This document shows positions 56,333-64,000 of a stretch of DNA of 64,000 bases, piece after piece. The position numbers and the translations under genes are program-made. Where the stretch lies: the IMG/VR virus record IMGVR_UViG_3300045210_000027. One strand, written 5' to 3'. A model generated the notes under the pieces. That model saw only the letters and a list, made by a program, of their open reading frames with translations. It was not told the origin of the DNA and did not search any database. Position 1 is the first letter of the stretch, and every line of letters begins with the position of its first letter. The DNA comes from an uncultured virus (IMG/VR IMGVR_UViG_3300045210_000027). Taxonomy: Duplodnaviria > Heunggongvirae > Uroviricota > Caudoviricetes.

Positions 56333-57823
56333 CTAGTAGGTGGCGAGGTAGCCGTGCGGGTCGTCCTCGAGGAGTTCGTCGCTGGTGACCTGGTCGTCCT
56401 CGTCGAGGATCGGCAGGAGGAGCAGCTGGTCGAGGGCCTGGGACAGGGCGTCGATGGTGTCGTCGTGGCTGGCGTTGGGGAAGCCGCGGGCTTCCTCCAG
56501 GAGCTCGGCCACGTTCGGCAGGATCTCGGGGGTGGGTAGGTGCACGTTGTGGGCGTGCACGAACGGGGACACGGCGGCGGCGCGGGAGTACTTCGAGCCG
56601 CGGGGCTCGACGGGGATGAGGCCGGGGACCTGGCCGGACAGGAGCGTGATCACTGCGGGGCCGTTGGCCTTGTCCTCGACGAACTTCGCGACGGCCTGCG
56701 GCCACTTCCGTGTCATGGCCCGGATCGCGGCGAGGGTCGCGTTGATGTTCATGCGGGCCCGCACCTGGTCCACGAGGTAGGCGTGGACGCCGATGCGGAG
56801 CCACACCTGGCCGACGACGTAGTCGCTGGACTTGGTGTCCTTGAACGTCAAGTCCCACGACTGGATGAGTTCGACGTCCTCGCCGGGCACCCACTTGGTG
56901 CCGTCCGCGCGTTCGACCCAGGGGGGTGTGTCGTAGGTGGCCCATTCGGCGGGGAACAGGTCACCGGCTTCGGGGCTGGGGCGGCCCTGGTAGAGGGCGG
57001 CCCAGTCTCGGGGGCCGGCCTGCACCTTGCGGGCGTCCCACTGGCTGGTGGTGCGGCCCCTCGCGGACAGCATGTATTCGCCGGGTGCGCGGCCGAGCGG
57101 GTCGGTCTGGCCCTTCTCGGGCCGGTGGTCGGCCTGGGCGGGGATGTTGATGACGTCCCACAGGTCGCCGTCTTCTTGTTCGAGGAGTCGGCCGGCGAGG
57201 TCGGCGTGATGCCAGCGGGTGAGGATGAGGATGACGGGGGCGCCGGGTGCGAGGCGGGAGGAGGCGGTGGAGGTCCACCAGTCCCAGACGCGGTCGCGGT
57301 AGGTCTCGGAGTCGGCCTGTTCGCGGTCCTTGAGGGGGTCGTCGATGATCATCGCGTCGGCGGGGCGGGAGGTGAGGGCGCCGCCGACTCCGACTGCGTA
57401 CACGCTGCCGGGTCGGCCTGCGAGCTCGAACTCGTTCTGTGCGGCGACGTCGTCGCGGAGCCGGATGTTGAGGGTGTCGGTGTGGGTGGTGATCTCGTCG
57501 CGGATGAGGCGGCCCATGCGGCGGGCGACGGCGGCCGCGTATGAGGCGATGACGATGCGCGTGTCGGGGGAGCGGTTGAGTAGCCAGGCGGGGGCCCACT
57601 TGGTGGCGAGCGTGGACTTGCCCTCCTGTGGGGGCATGCTGATGATCAGGCGGGCGTCGGGGGTGGTGAGTGCGCGTGTGAGGGCCTGGTCGATGAGGTC
57701 GATTGCGGGGGTGCGGCGGAACCTGGGGTCGAGTGCGGCGCCCATGGTTGCGGGGGTGTCCCACCGGGGGGCGGGGGTGGGTTCGAACTGTCGGGCGGCG
57801 TGCTCCCAGGCTGTCAGGAGCAC
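56333..57823 (-). CDS. Terminase large subunit
   Basis: MPPQEGKST, IIDDP, TRWH..DL, YQ..P, HDD..DA. Confidence 0.95.
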   Translation of the reverse strand: MLLTAWEHAARQFEPTPAPRWDTPATMGAALDPRFRRTPAIDLIDQALTRALTTPDARLIISMPPQEGKSTLATKWAPAWLLNRSPDTRIVIASYAAAVARRMGRLIRDEITTHTDTLNIRLRDDVAAQNEFELAGRPGSVYAVGVGGALTSRPADAMIIDDPLKDREQADSETYRDRVWDWWTSTASSRLAPGAPVILILTRWHHADLAGRLLEQEDGDLWDVINIPAQADHRPEKGQTDPLGRAPGEYMLSARGRTTSQWDARKVQAGPRDWAALYQGRPSPEAGDLFPAEWATYDTPPWVERADGTKWVPGEDVELIQSWDLTFKDTKSSDYVVGQVWLRIGVHAYLVDQVRARMNINATLAAIRAMTRKWPQAVAKFVEDKANGPAVITLLSGQVPGLIPVEPRGSKYSRAAAVSPFVHAHNVHLPTPEILPNVAELLEEARGFPNASHDDTIDALSQALDQLLLLPILDEDDQVTSDELLEDDPHGYLATY

Positions 57824-57841
57824 GGCCGCCTCCCAGGGTTG

Positions 57842-58258
57842 CTACTCGGTGTCTTCCTCGGTCATGCCCTCCGGGGCGGGGACCATGGACTCGACAAACT
57901 TCGCGAGCTTGGACTCCGGATCAGGCTCGGGGGCCGGTTCCGGGAAGAATTTCTCGAGCGCGTTCTCGTAGTTGTGGTCGACGCTCACCAGGAGATTGTC
58001 GAGCGGATTGAGGTCCCGCCCGTGCTTTGCCCTGTCGAGCGCGAGCATTGCGATCGCGGCGGTCTTGGCCGTCGTCACCGTCCCGTTGACGGCTACGGCG
58101 AACCCTCCTCGGTCGTCTCGTTCGATGGTGGAACGGAGTCCGTAGTGCGTTGCGACTGCGGCGATCCGGGCTGTGCCACGTCGACTGCCGATGTCGCGGA
58201 ATGTCATTTCGAAGCGAATGTGCGCCATGGGGCCGACCGTATCGGTGGCCACCGACAT
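57842..58258 (-). CDS. Hypothetical protein (lower GC)
   Basis: ORF between a hairpin and the terminase gene; start uncertain. Confidence 0.55.
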   Translation of the reverse strand: MSVATDTVGPMAHIRFEMTFRDIGSRRGTARIAAVATHYGLRSTIERDDRGGFAVAVNGTVTTAKTAAIAMLALDRAKHGRDLNPLDNLLVSVDHNYENALEKFFPEPAPEPDPESKLAKFVESMVPAPEGMTEEDTE

Positions 58259-58285
58259 TGCTTTACGGCGATACCCAGGGATGGC

Positions 58286-58320
58286 GAAAGCCCCTGGCGT
58301 CCAAAGCGCCGGGGGCTTTC
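58286..58320 (-). terminator. Hairpin at the early/late boundary
   Basis: gaaagcccctggcg...cgccgggggctttc. Confidence 0.65.
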
Positions 58321-58402
58321 ACTGTGGGTGTGCGCGTTGCGCAACACTAGTGAACATACCGTCCTGCCAGGTCAAGCACCAGTACCAGTTCGGCGTGTCG
58401 CC

Positions 58403-58759
58403 CTATCCGATGCCCCAGCCCTTCTGGAAGTCGGGGTGGTCGCGGTAGACCTCGGCGAGGGCGGCGAGTTCCGAGCAGTCCTCGGTGGATGCGTCCCAGC
58501 TGTCTGATGAGCAGCCCGGGTCGTAGTCCGGTATGCGCTCAGACCGGTGCATGTCGACGATCGCCCGCTTGGCCTGGCACTCGGCGAGCCACCTGCCGAG
58601 CCCGAGGCCGATCTCGGTGTACTCGCTGCTTGGGTAGGTGCCGAAATCGTTGACGAGGTCGGCCTCGGGTGCGCCAGCTTCGAGCCACGTGGCCTTGAAC
58701 CTGGAGGCGGTCGCCTCGTCCTCGGCGATCCTCGCGAGGAGGAACTCGACGATGGTCAT
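58403..58759 (-). CDS. DUF6221-like protein
   Basis: FLLARIAEDE...LAEC.AKRAIV...LA.VY.DHPDF...W. Confidence 0.8.
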   Translation of the reverse strand: MTIVEFLLARIAEDEATASRFKATWLEAGAPEADLVNDFGTYPSSEYTEIGLGLGRWLAECQAKRAIVDMHRSERIPDYDPGCSSDSWDASTEDCSELAALAEVYRDHPDFQKGWGIG

Positions 58760-59595
58760 GCCGTGATCTTCCCAGACAGGCCCGCCCGCCGCGCCCCGGG
58801 CCGCGAGGCAGCGCCGATCGCGAGCTCGAGCACGTCACCCACCCGATACCGGGGCCTCCCACCCAACGAGTCCACTCGCACTAGGCGACCGTCCGCCGCC
58901 CACGTCCGGATCGTCGACAGGCTCACCGACAGGCCACCGAAAGCCTCCCCAGCCAGGGCCCGCGTGATGTCCGGGCCGGTCGCGACCGCCTCCCACGCCT
59001 CAGCGAGCAGCCACTCCCGCCGCGCCGCGACCTCGTACTCGCTGCCACACCTGGGGCAGGCAACCGTGGCGCGGGACGGCTGGGCGTACAGCTCGCCCGT
59101 GCACGACGCGGGCAGCCCGTCCACGTCGACGGTGGTGGCGGTGCAGGGGCCGGCGTAGTGGGTGTCGGCGGGCCGGTCGACAACGCTTGCCGCGGTCCGC
59201 ACTGCCGCCGTGATGGCCTCGAGGGCCTCGGGGCCGGCTTCTTGGGTGGCGAGCCAGTGGGCGCGGACGTCGAGGAACCGTTCGATGGTCGTCCACGTGT
59301 CCGGGGTGGCCTCGTGGCGGGCGGTGGCGATGTAGTCGGTCCAGGTGAGGACGCTGGTGCGGGCCTGGTAGGCGCGGTCGCTGGCCTGCATGTTCACGGG
59401 TAGGGGCGTGTTGGCGCTCTTGCTGCCGTTGCGGGTCGTGAAGCGGAGGCGTCGGCCGATGGCGTCGTCGAGGGCGCGCATGAGGTCGGACATGCCGTCG
59501 AGGTGTGTGCGGAGGAGGTTGATGCAGGGGGTGCAGATCGTGCGTCCGGGGGGCAGAGGGCGTCGGGTGCAGGTGGGGCAGGTTGGTTCGGTCAT
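58756..59595 (-). CDS. Zinc-ribbon plus HTH protein (probable late regulator)
   Basis: CxxC pairs; TIR.WA..G...YRVGDV. Confidence 0.7.
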   Translation of the reverse strand: MTEPTCPTCTRRPLPPGRTICTPCINLLRTHLDGMSDLMRALDDAIGRRLRFTTRNGSKSANTPLPVNMQASDRAYQARTSVLTWTDYIATARHEATPDTWTTIERFLDVRAHWLATQEAGPEALEAITAAVRTAASVVDRPADTHYAGPCTATTVDVDGLPASCTGELYAQPSRATVACPRCGSEYEVAARREWLLAEAWEAVATGPDITRALAGEAFGGLSVSLSTIRTWAADGRLVRVDSLGGRPRYRVGDVLELAIGAASRPGARRAGLSGKITA

Positions 59596-59640
59596 CGTGT
59601 CCTCCTGGGGCAGATAACAGCGTCTCTCGGGGCGGTGGGG

Positions 59641-60273
59641 TTAGTGGTCGGCGAGGCGGCGGAGCTCGCGGGGCACGATCTGGGCGACCTGCTCGGTCCA
59701 GACGGTGCGAAGGGTGTCGGCCATGCCGGCGGCGAGCAGGGCGGCGAGGAGCGTGTCGAGGATGGTGCGCAGGGCGCCGGCGAGCATGTCGCCCTGCTGC
59801 TCGGCGAGAGCGATGCGGCGTTCCTCGCAGCCGGCGGCGCTTGCTGCGGCCGCGAACTTCACGAGCTGCTCCTCAGCCTGGCGGAGCATGGTCCACCAGA
59901 TGTGAGGCTTGGCCTCCTCGGTGGTGCCGTAGTCCTCGCCGCCGGTCTTCTCCCTCGTGCGGCCCCAGATGCGGTCAGCGTCGTCGAGCTCGGCGACCTT
60001 CGCGCGGAGGGCGAGGACCTCGGCGTACTTCCAGGACACGGCCCGCAGCATGGCGTCGCGGTGGTCGATGTGGGGGACGTTCTCGCCGTAGGCGGCGGCG
60101 AGGCCCCGGCGGAGAGCTCGGGCCTCTTTCTGCTCGGCGAGGCGCCTGTTGGCGGCGGCGCGTGCTTGGGGGGTGGCGCCGCCGTGGGCGCGGCAGACGG
60201 TGCCGCCGCGGATGGGGTGGTTGCGGCAGGGCTCGCCGTGCCGGTTGGTGGCGGTGCACAGGGGCGCGGTCAC
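59641..60273 (-). CDS. HGG-motif protein (probable terminase small subunit)
   Basis: C.A....G.PC...P..G..VC..HGG..PQ. Confidence 0.7.
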   Translation of the reverse strand: MTAPLCTATNRHGEPCRNHPIRGGTVCRAHGGATPQARAAANRRLAEQKEARALRRGLAAAYGENVPHIDHRDAMLRAVSWKYAEVLALRAKVAELDDADRIWGRTREKTGGEDYGTTEEAKPHIWWTMLRQAEEQLVKFAAAASAAGCEERRIALAEQQGDMLAGALRTILDTLLAALLAAGMADTLRTVWTEQVAQIVPRELRRLADH

Positions 60274-60367
60274 GCCTCCTCCTTCCGATGCTTGGCCTCA
60301 CAGGCCTTCGCGAGGCTGGTGACGGGCCAGGCGCGGCCGCAGGTGCCGCACCGCCACGGGTCGGGGC

Positions 60368-60667
60368 TCACCACGCACCAGCCACTCGCGCGATCCCGGC
60401 GGCGATCTCGATGCCCGACCACTCGCCCTCTGCGTACTGGTCCCACGGCTCGGCCTGGGCGGCGATCGCGGCCCTCTCGTCGAGTAGGGCGACGATCCGC
60501 TCGCGCTCCTCGGCGCGGACCTGCTCGTCGTGGGCGGCGAGCCAGCGGTCGAACTCGTCCAGGTGCTGGACGGGCTCGAACGCATAGCCGTCGTCGTGGT
60601 CGAGGCCAGCTTGGATGTACGCGAACGTCATGCGCACGTCGTCGTTCGTCGGCGTCCAGTCACTCAT
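60368..60667 (-). CDS. Hypothetical protein
   Basis: FDRWLAAHD..VRAEERERI. Confidence 0.65.
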   Translation of the reverse strand: MSDWTPTNDDVRMTFAYIQAGLDHDDGYAFEPVQHLDEFDRWLAAHDEQVRAEERERIVALLDERAAIAAQAEPWDQYAEGEWSGIEIAAGIARVAGAW

Positions 60668-61226
60668 CGCTCGCCTCCCGGTAGGGGTTTCGCTCGAAGA
60701 TCGGGTCGTGCCACTTGACCTCTGCGCCGAGGTGTTGGAGCGCGGTCGTCGCGCCCTCGTCCCATGCCTTCGCGGCGATCTCGCGGTCCCGGTCGGGGTC
60801 GCGGAGGTATCCGTCAGCGTGCAGGGCGCGGGCTACCTTCCGGTACGACTCTCGCGATTGGCGCATGGCGTCGTCCCATGGCGTCGGGTCGGCAGGAAAC
60901 CCGGGGTCGCTGTCGTAGATGATCCGCGCCGCCTGCTCGATGACGTCGCCGGACTGCTGCACGGGTGCGTCAGTAGCCCGCGCCACCTGCTCGATGACGT
61001 CGCCGGTCTGTAAAGCGGGCTTTGCAGTACGGCTTTCCAGTAGCGCGAGCACGGCGTCGACCTGCTGTTCCAGCCCGTCGCACCGCTCCGTGTCGCAGTA
61101 GCAGTCCTCGCCCTCGACTGCGCACGTGCCGCCGCAAAGTGGTTGGCCGCAGTCGCAATGGTCGGGGTGGTGAACGTCTGTCACGCTCAGCGCCCGCACG
61201 ATCTCGTCGCGGGTGGGGTTGCTCAT
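60660..61226 (-). CDS. Hypothetical mosaic protein
   Basis: Cys cluster; AWDEG motif; internal duplication. Confidence 0.6.
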   Translation of the reverse strand: MSNPTRDEIVRALSVTDVHHPDHCDCGQPLCGGTCAVEGEDCYCDTERCDGLEQQVDAVLALLESRTAKPALQTGDVIEQVARATDAPVQQSGDVIEQAARIIYDSDPGFPADPTPWDDAMRQSRESYRKVARALHADGYLRDPDRDREIAAKAWDEGATTALQHLGAEVKWHDPIFERNPYREASDE

Positions 61227-61513
61227 GATCGGGCCTCCTTCGCGGCCAGGAGCGCGGCTATGGCGATCTCGGCCGCATAGGCCGGATCGGGTCGGGTCCC
61301 GTCTGCCGCCATGTGGTCCGAGACCGCTTGCGCCCCGGCCTCGATCTCGGCGGCCGTCGGGTCCTGCTCGGCCTGCCAGACGGCTCCGGCGATGAAGCCG
61401 TGCACGTACCCCTCCCGTTTGGCGAACTGCTCCATGGTCGGCACGGTCTGCCCGCTAATCCCCGGCCGGGTTCTACGCTGCGCTTCCGCGCGTGCGCGGT
61501 CCTCAGTGCTCAT
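61223..61513 (-). CDS. Hypothetical protein
   Basis: GF.AGA.W; ATGA-coupled. Confidence 0.6.
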   Translation of the reverse strand: MSTEDRARAEAQRRTRPGISGQTVPTMEQFAKREGYVHGFIAGAVWQAEQDPTAAEIEAGAQAVSDHMAADGTRPDPAYAAEIAIAALLAAKEARS

Positions 61514-61902
61514 GTCGTTGGCTCCTTCCAGTCGGTGACTTCGCGGCAGACGAGGTGTCCGCCGTGGCGGCGCTGGTATCGCAGGGCGTCCTCATAGGAC
61601 CAGTCGATCGAGTTGTCGAAGATCCACGGCTCTGGGCCGTCGCCCTCCACGGTCCACTCGGTGGTGGTCGGCTCGGCCTGCTCGCCCGGCACGTGTAGGA
61701 CGGTGAAGGGGCCGTATGTATCCATCACGAGAGGGTTGATGGCCGACAGGCGGCCATACGAGGTGGCGTAGACAAGGCACTTCCCGGCCTCCACGCTGCG
61801 CAGTTCCGCCACCGTTCCGTGCACATTGCGCACAACGCTCCTAACCGGCAGCGCGTCCAGGTCCTCGGCGGTCTCGATCACGTCACCACGCCGCGAGCTC
61901 AT
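61510..61902 (-). CDS. Hypothetical protein
   Basis: I.T.E.LDALP..SVV...P.TVL..P. Confidence 0.65.
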   Translation of the reverse strand: MSSRRGDVIETAEDLDALPVRSVVRNVHGTVAELRSVEAGKCLVYATSYGRLSAINPLVMDTYGPFTVLHVPGEQAEPTTTEWTVEGDGPEPWIFDNSIDWSYEDALRYQRRHGGHLVCREVTDWKEPTT

Positions 61903-62372
61903 CGCGCGCCCCCAGCCGTGAGCTGCAGCGGCTCGACCGCGCCGGACTCGTAGGCGTGGGCGATCGCCGGCAGCACGTCCTCCGCGACCGTCCTGCCCGA
62001 GGGGAGCACCGTGTGCGGAAGGAACTCCTCCTCGAAGGTCGTTATGCCGGCGGCCACCGCCTCGAGCTTCGCCTTCACCACGAGGGCCAGCGCCCGCCAT
62101 CGCTGGCGCACCGCCTGCTCGTAGGCCTGCTCCTGCGCGGTCGCCGACCGGTCCCGCCCGGTAGGAGTCAGGCGGAACTCGCGGGAGTCGCGGTCCGGAA
62201 GCGGGAGAACGAACCGGACCCGCCGGGAGTGCGCCTCGAACTGGATGCTCGCGCGGTCCCCCTGCCAGGCGTATGCGAACGCGGACGCGCCATAGCGGGC
62301 GAGGGTGCGCTCGATTTCAGACCGGGACCGGTCCGAGGACACGTCGGTGCCCTGCGCGTACCGGCCGCTCAC
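61899..62372 (-). CDS. Conserved phage hypothetical protein
   Basis: YA..T.V...RS..EI...WR.L.L..KAKLEAV..GI..FEEEFL. Confidence 0.75.
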   Translation of the reverse strand: MSGRYAQGTDVSSDRSRSEIERTLARYGASAFAYAWQGDRASIQFEAHSRRVRFVLPLPDRDSREFRLTPTGRDRSATAQEQAYEQAVRQRWRALALVVKAKLEAVAAGITTFEEEFLPHTVLPSGRTVAEDVLPAIAHAYESGAVEPLQLTAGGAR

Positions 62373-62974
62373 CGCTCGTCCTCGGCGTCCTGCGGAGTGT
62401 GGACACAGCGGTTAGGGCGTACCGTCGCGACATGGGAACTCTGATAGTGGTGCTGCTCGTCGCCTGGTTGATCCTGTCGATCATCGGATTCGTGCTGAAG
62501 GGACTGCTCTGGCTGGGCCTTATCGGTGTTGTGCTGTTCGTCGGCACCGCCGTGATCGCCCTGATGCGTCGCAAGGCTCACCGTCGGGACTCGCCTCCCG
62601 CTCCCTGAGCGCGAGACGGCGGCCGTTTCTGCGTGCCGACGTTCCTGGCAATGTGGTCGTGCGGCTGCCGTCTCATTCATCGCGCCGGCGCACATGGCCC
62701 GGCACGCGTCCGCGACCGCACGATCCGACCCCGACCGGACGATGTCCCGCAGGTGCCGCAGCTCGTGGGACCGGACCAGCGTCACCGGCACCACGCCCTC
62801 GAGGCGGTCGGTGCCGTCCCGGTAGAGCCGCTGCCCGCCACCGATCGCCTGGTAGTGCCCCGCAAGGTCACGCACGAAGTAATCCGGCCTGCCACCGGCC
62901 GGGGTCGCCTCGATCAGATGCGCCGTCGGCCAGGCGGCGGGCGCGGTGAGGGCGTGGGAGGTGTGGGGTTCCAT
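62369..62974 (-). CDS. Hypothetical early protein (homolog of 24981-25553)
   Basis: GGAGG RBS; conserved in both phages. Confidence 0.65.
   Translation of the reverse strand: MEPHTSHALTAPAAWPTAHLIEATPAGGRPDYFVRDLAGHYQAIGGGQRLYRDGTDRLEGVVPVTLVRSHELRHLRDIVRSGSDRAVADACRAMCAGAMNETAAARPHCQERRHAETAAVSRSGSGRRVPTVSLATHQGDHGGADEQHNTDKAQPEQSLQHESDDRQDQPGDEQHHYQSSHVATVRPNRCVHTPQDAEDER
62432..62608 (+). CDS. 58-aa two-TM membrane protein
   Basis: 54/58 residues identical to 25044-25220. Confidence 0.8.
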   Translation: MGTLIVVLLVAWLILSIIGFVLKGLLWLGLIGVVLFVGTAVIALMRRKAHRRDSPPAP

Positions 62975-62977
62975 GGG

Positions 62978-63340
62978 TCAGTCCTCCTGGGGGGTGGTCG
63001 ATGGGTCGGGGTCGCCGTAGCCCGCGGCGTGCAGCAGCTCGATGAGGTCACCGAGGCGGATGAGCGCGGGGTAAGCGGCGGCGTTCTCGCCCTGGCCGTT
63101 GCACCGGAACACGGCGAGGGGTAGGCGGCCGTGGGCGGCCTGCTCGGCCTGCTTGAGCCAGGCGAGCGGGTCGAGGTTGGTGCGGGCCTTGACCTCGACG
63201 CTGATGTCGGGGGTGCCGGTGATGTCCGCGCCTTGCCGTCCTGCGCCGGCGGACTCGGCGTAGGGCCAGCCGTTGGTGGCAAGGAGTTGGGCGACGACTT
63301 TCTGGGTGCGCATTCCGCGGTGCTTCCGTGCTTGCGTCAT
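62978..63340 (-). CDS. Hjc-like PD-(D/E)xK Holliday junction resolvase
   Basis: RG......VA..L...G...G.DI....VEVKAR...W..QA. Confidence 0.75.
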   Translation of the reverse strand: MTQARKHRGMRTQKVVAQLLATNGWPYAESAGAGRQGADITGTPDISVEVKARTNLDPLAWLKQAEQAAHGRLPLAVFRCNGQGENAAAYPALIRLGDLIELLHAAGYGDPDPSTTPQED

Positions 63341-63360
63341 TGCGGTGAGTTCCTTTCCGG

Positions 63361-63741
63361 CTAGAAGGTTGGGGGCCCGTCGAATACGGGGCGGGTGTGG
63401 TCGATTTCGAATTGGAGTTGCTGAATTGAGGGCGCTCCCTGGCCGCATTTGTGTTCGGCGAGGATTGGTCCGGCGGGTTTGCCTATTCGCCTGTGGGTGG
63501 CGCCGGGCCATGCGCGCCAGCTGCCGATGCGCCATTGGCCTGGCTGGCCGGTGAGGTCGCAGGTGCGGCGGTTCAGGACGAGGAGGCACGCGACTTCGCT
63601 TGCCGTGTCGAGTGGGTGGGGGTCGAGGGTGGCGGGGAGGCTGGGCGCCTCGGTCCAGCCGGTGATGACGGGCGCCTTGCACTTGGGGCAGGGGCGGAGG
63701 GTGGCGGGCCGGTTCGCGTTCCGCTGGGTGGTGGTCTTCAT
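63361..63741 (-). CDS. Hypothetical zinc-binding protein
   Basis: CPKC...LDP.PL....E...H.C. Confidence 0.6.
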   Translation of the reverse strand: MKTTTQRNANRPATLRPCPKCKAPVITGWTEAPSLPATLDPHPLDTASEVACLLVLNRRTCDLTGQPGQWRIGSWRAWPGATHRRIGKPAGPILAEHKCGQGAPSIQQLQFEIDHTRPVFDGPPTF

Positions 63742-63849
63742 GAGTCCGCCTCCTCGGGGTCGAGGAGCTCTCCGGTGTGTGGGTCGACGCGGAGGCCGGT
63801 TTGGTAGTCGAGATGCCCAGGGGGACGGTGAGTGTTCGGTGCGTCCGTG

Positions 63850-63940
63850 ACCGTCCCCACCGCCCCTACGGGGGGGCGGTGGTGGGGGACAGTCACTTCA
63901 CCGTCCCGGGGGACGGTTGGGGGACGGTTGGGGGACGGTG
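63850..63940. repeat. GGGGGACGGT(T) direct and inverted repeats, possible origin of phage B
   Basis: Three tandem 11-mers at 63908-63940 plus inverted accgtccc copies. Confidence 0.6.
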
Positions 63941-64000
63941 GTGTTGTGGGGGCGATCAGGTCGTTCAGCGGCGGCTCGTAGGCGTCAGCCTCGGGGTCGC

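Larger units (their letters stand above)
32574..64000 (-). mobile_element. Prophage B (siphovirus), right end outside window
   Basis: att core, integrase, accessory genes, lysis, tail, head, terminase and early genes; assignment of 32.6-35.9 kb to B is inferred. Confidence 0.85.

Noticed and set aside
60932..61006. 21-bp repeat cctgctcgatgacgtcgccgg as a mobile-element boundary
   Set aside because: In-frame 54-bp-spaced intragenic duplication (GDVIEQ twice) with no cargo
63908..63940. CRISPR array
   Set aside because: 11-bp tandem repeats without spacers; no cas genes seen

Overview
High-GC actinobacterial DNA consisting entirely of temperate siphovirus sequence. Two different phage genomes lie head-to-tail, mostly on the minus strand. 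Phage A (1 to ~32.6 kb) has lysis, tail, an HK97-like head, a cos/HNH-type terminase, an early operon and cro/repressor. Phage B (~32.6 kb to beyond 64000) has a tyrosine integrase, accessory genes, lysis, tail, a different head module with a MuF-toxin, a different terminase and early genes. The two meet at a tRNA-Arg-like att core lying inside the repressor ORF (32574-32609), the hallmark of integration-dependent immunity. Here the site has phage DNA on both sides, which suggests a tandem double lysogen with a chimeric repressor. Other highlights: a MuF-CdiA-like nuclease with no co-oriented immunity gene, but with a near-consensus promoter in its last codons pointing into a short hairpin RNA (candidate RNA antitoxin); small plus-strand genes nested inside read-through early-operon ORFs; and near-identical modules shared by the two phages. 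All functional calls come from motifs and synteny read by eye; no database searches were run.
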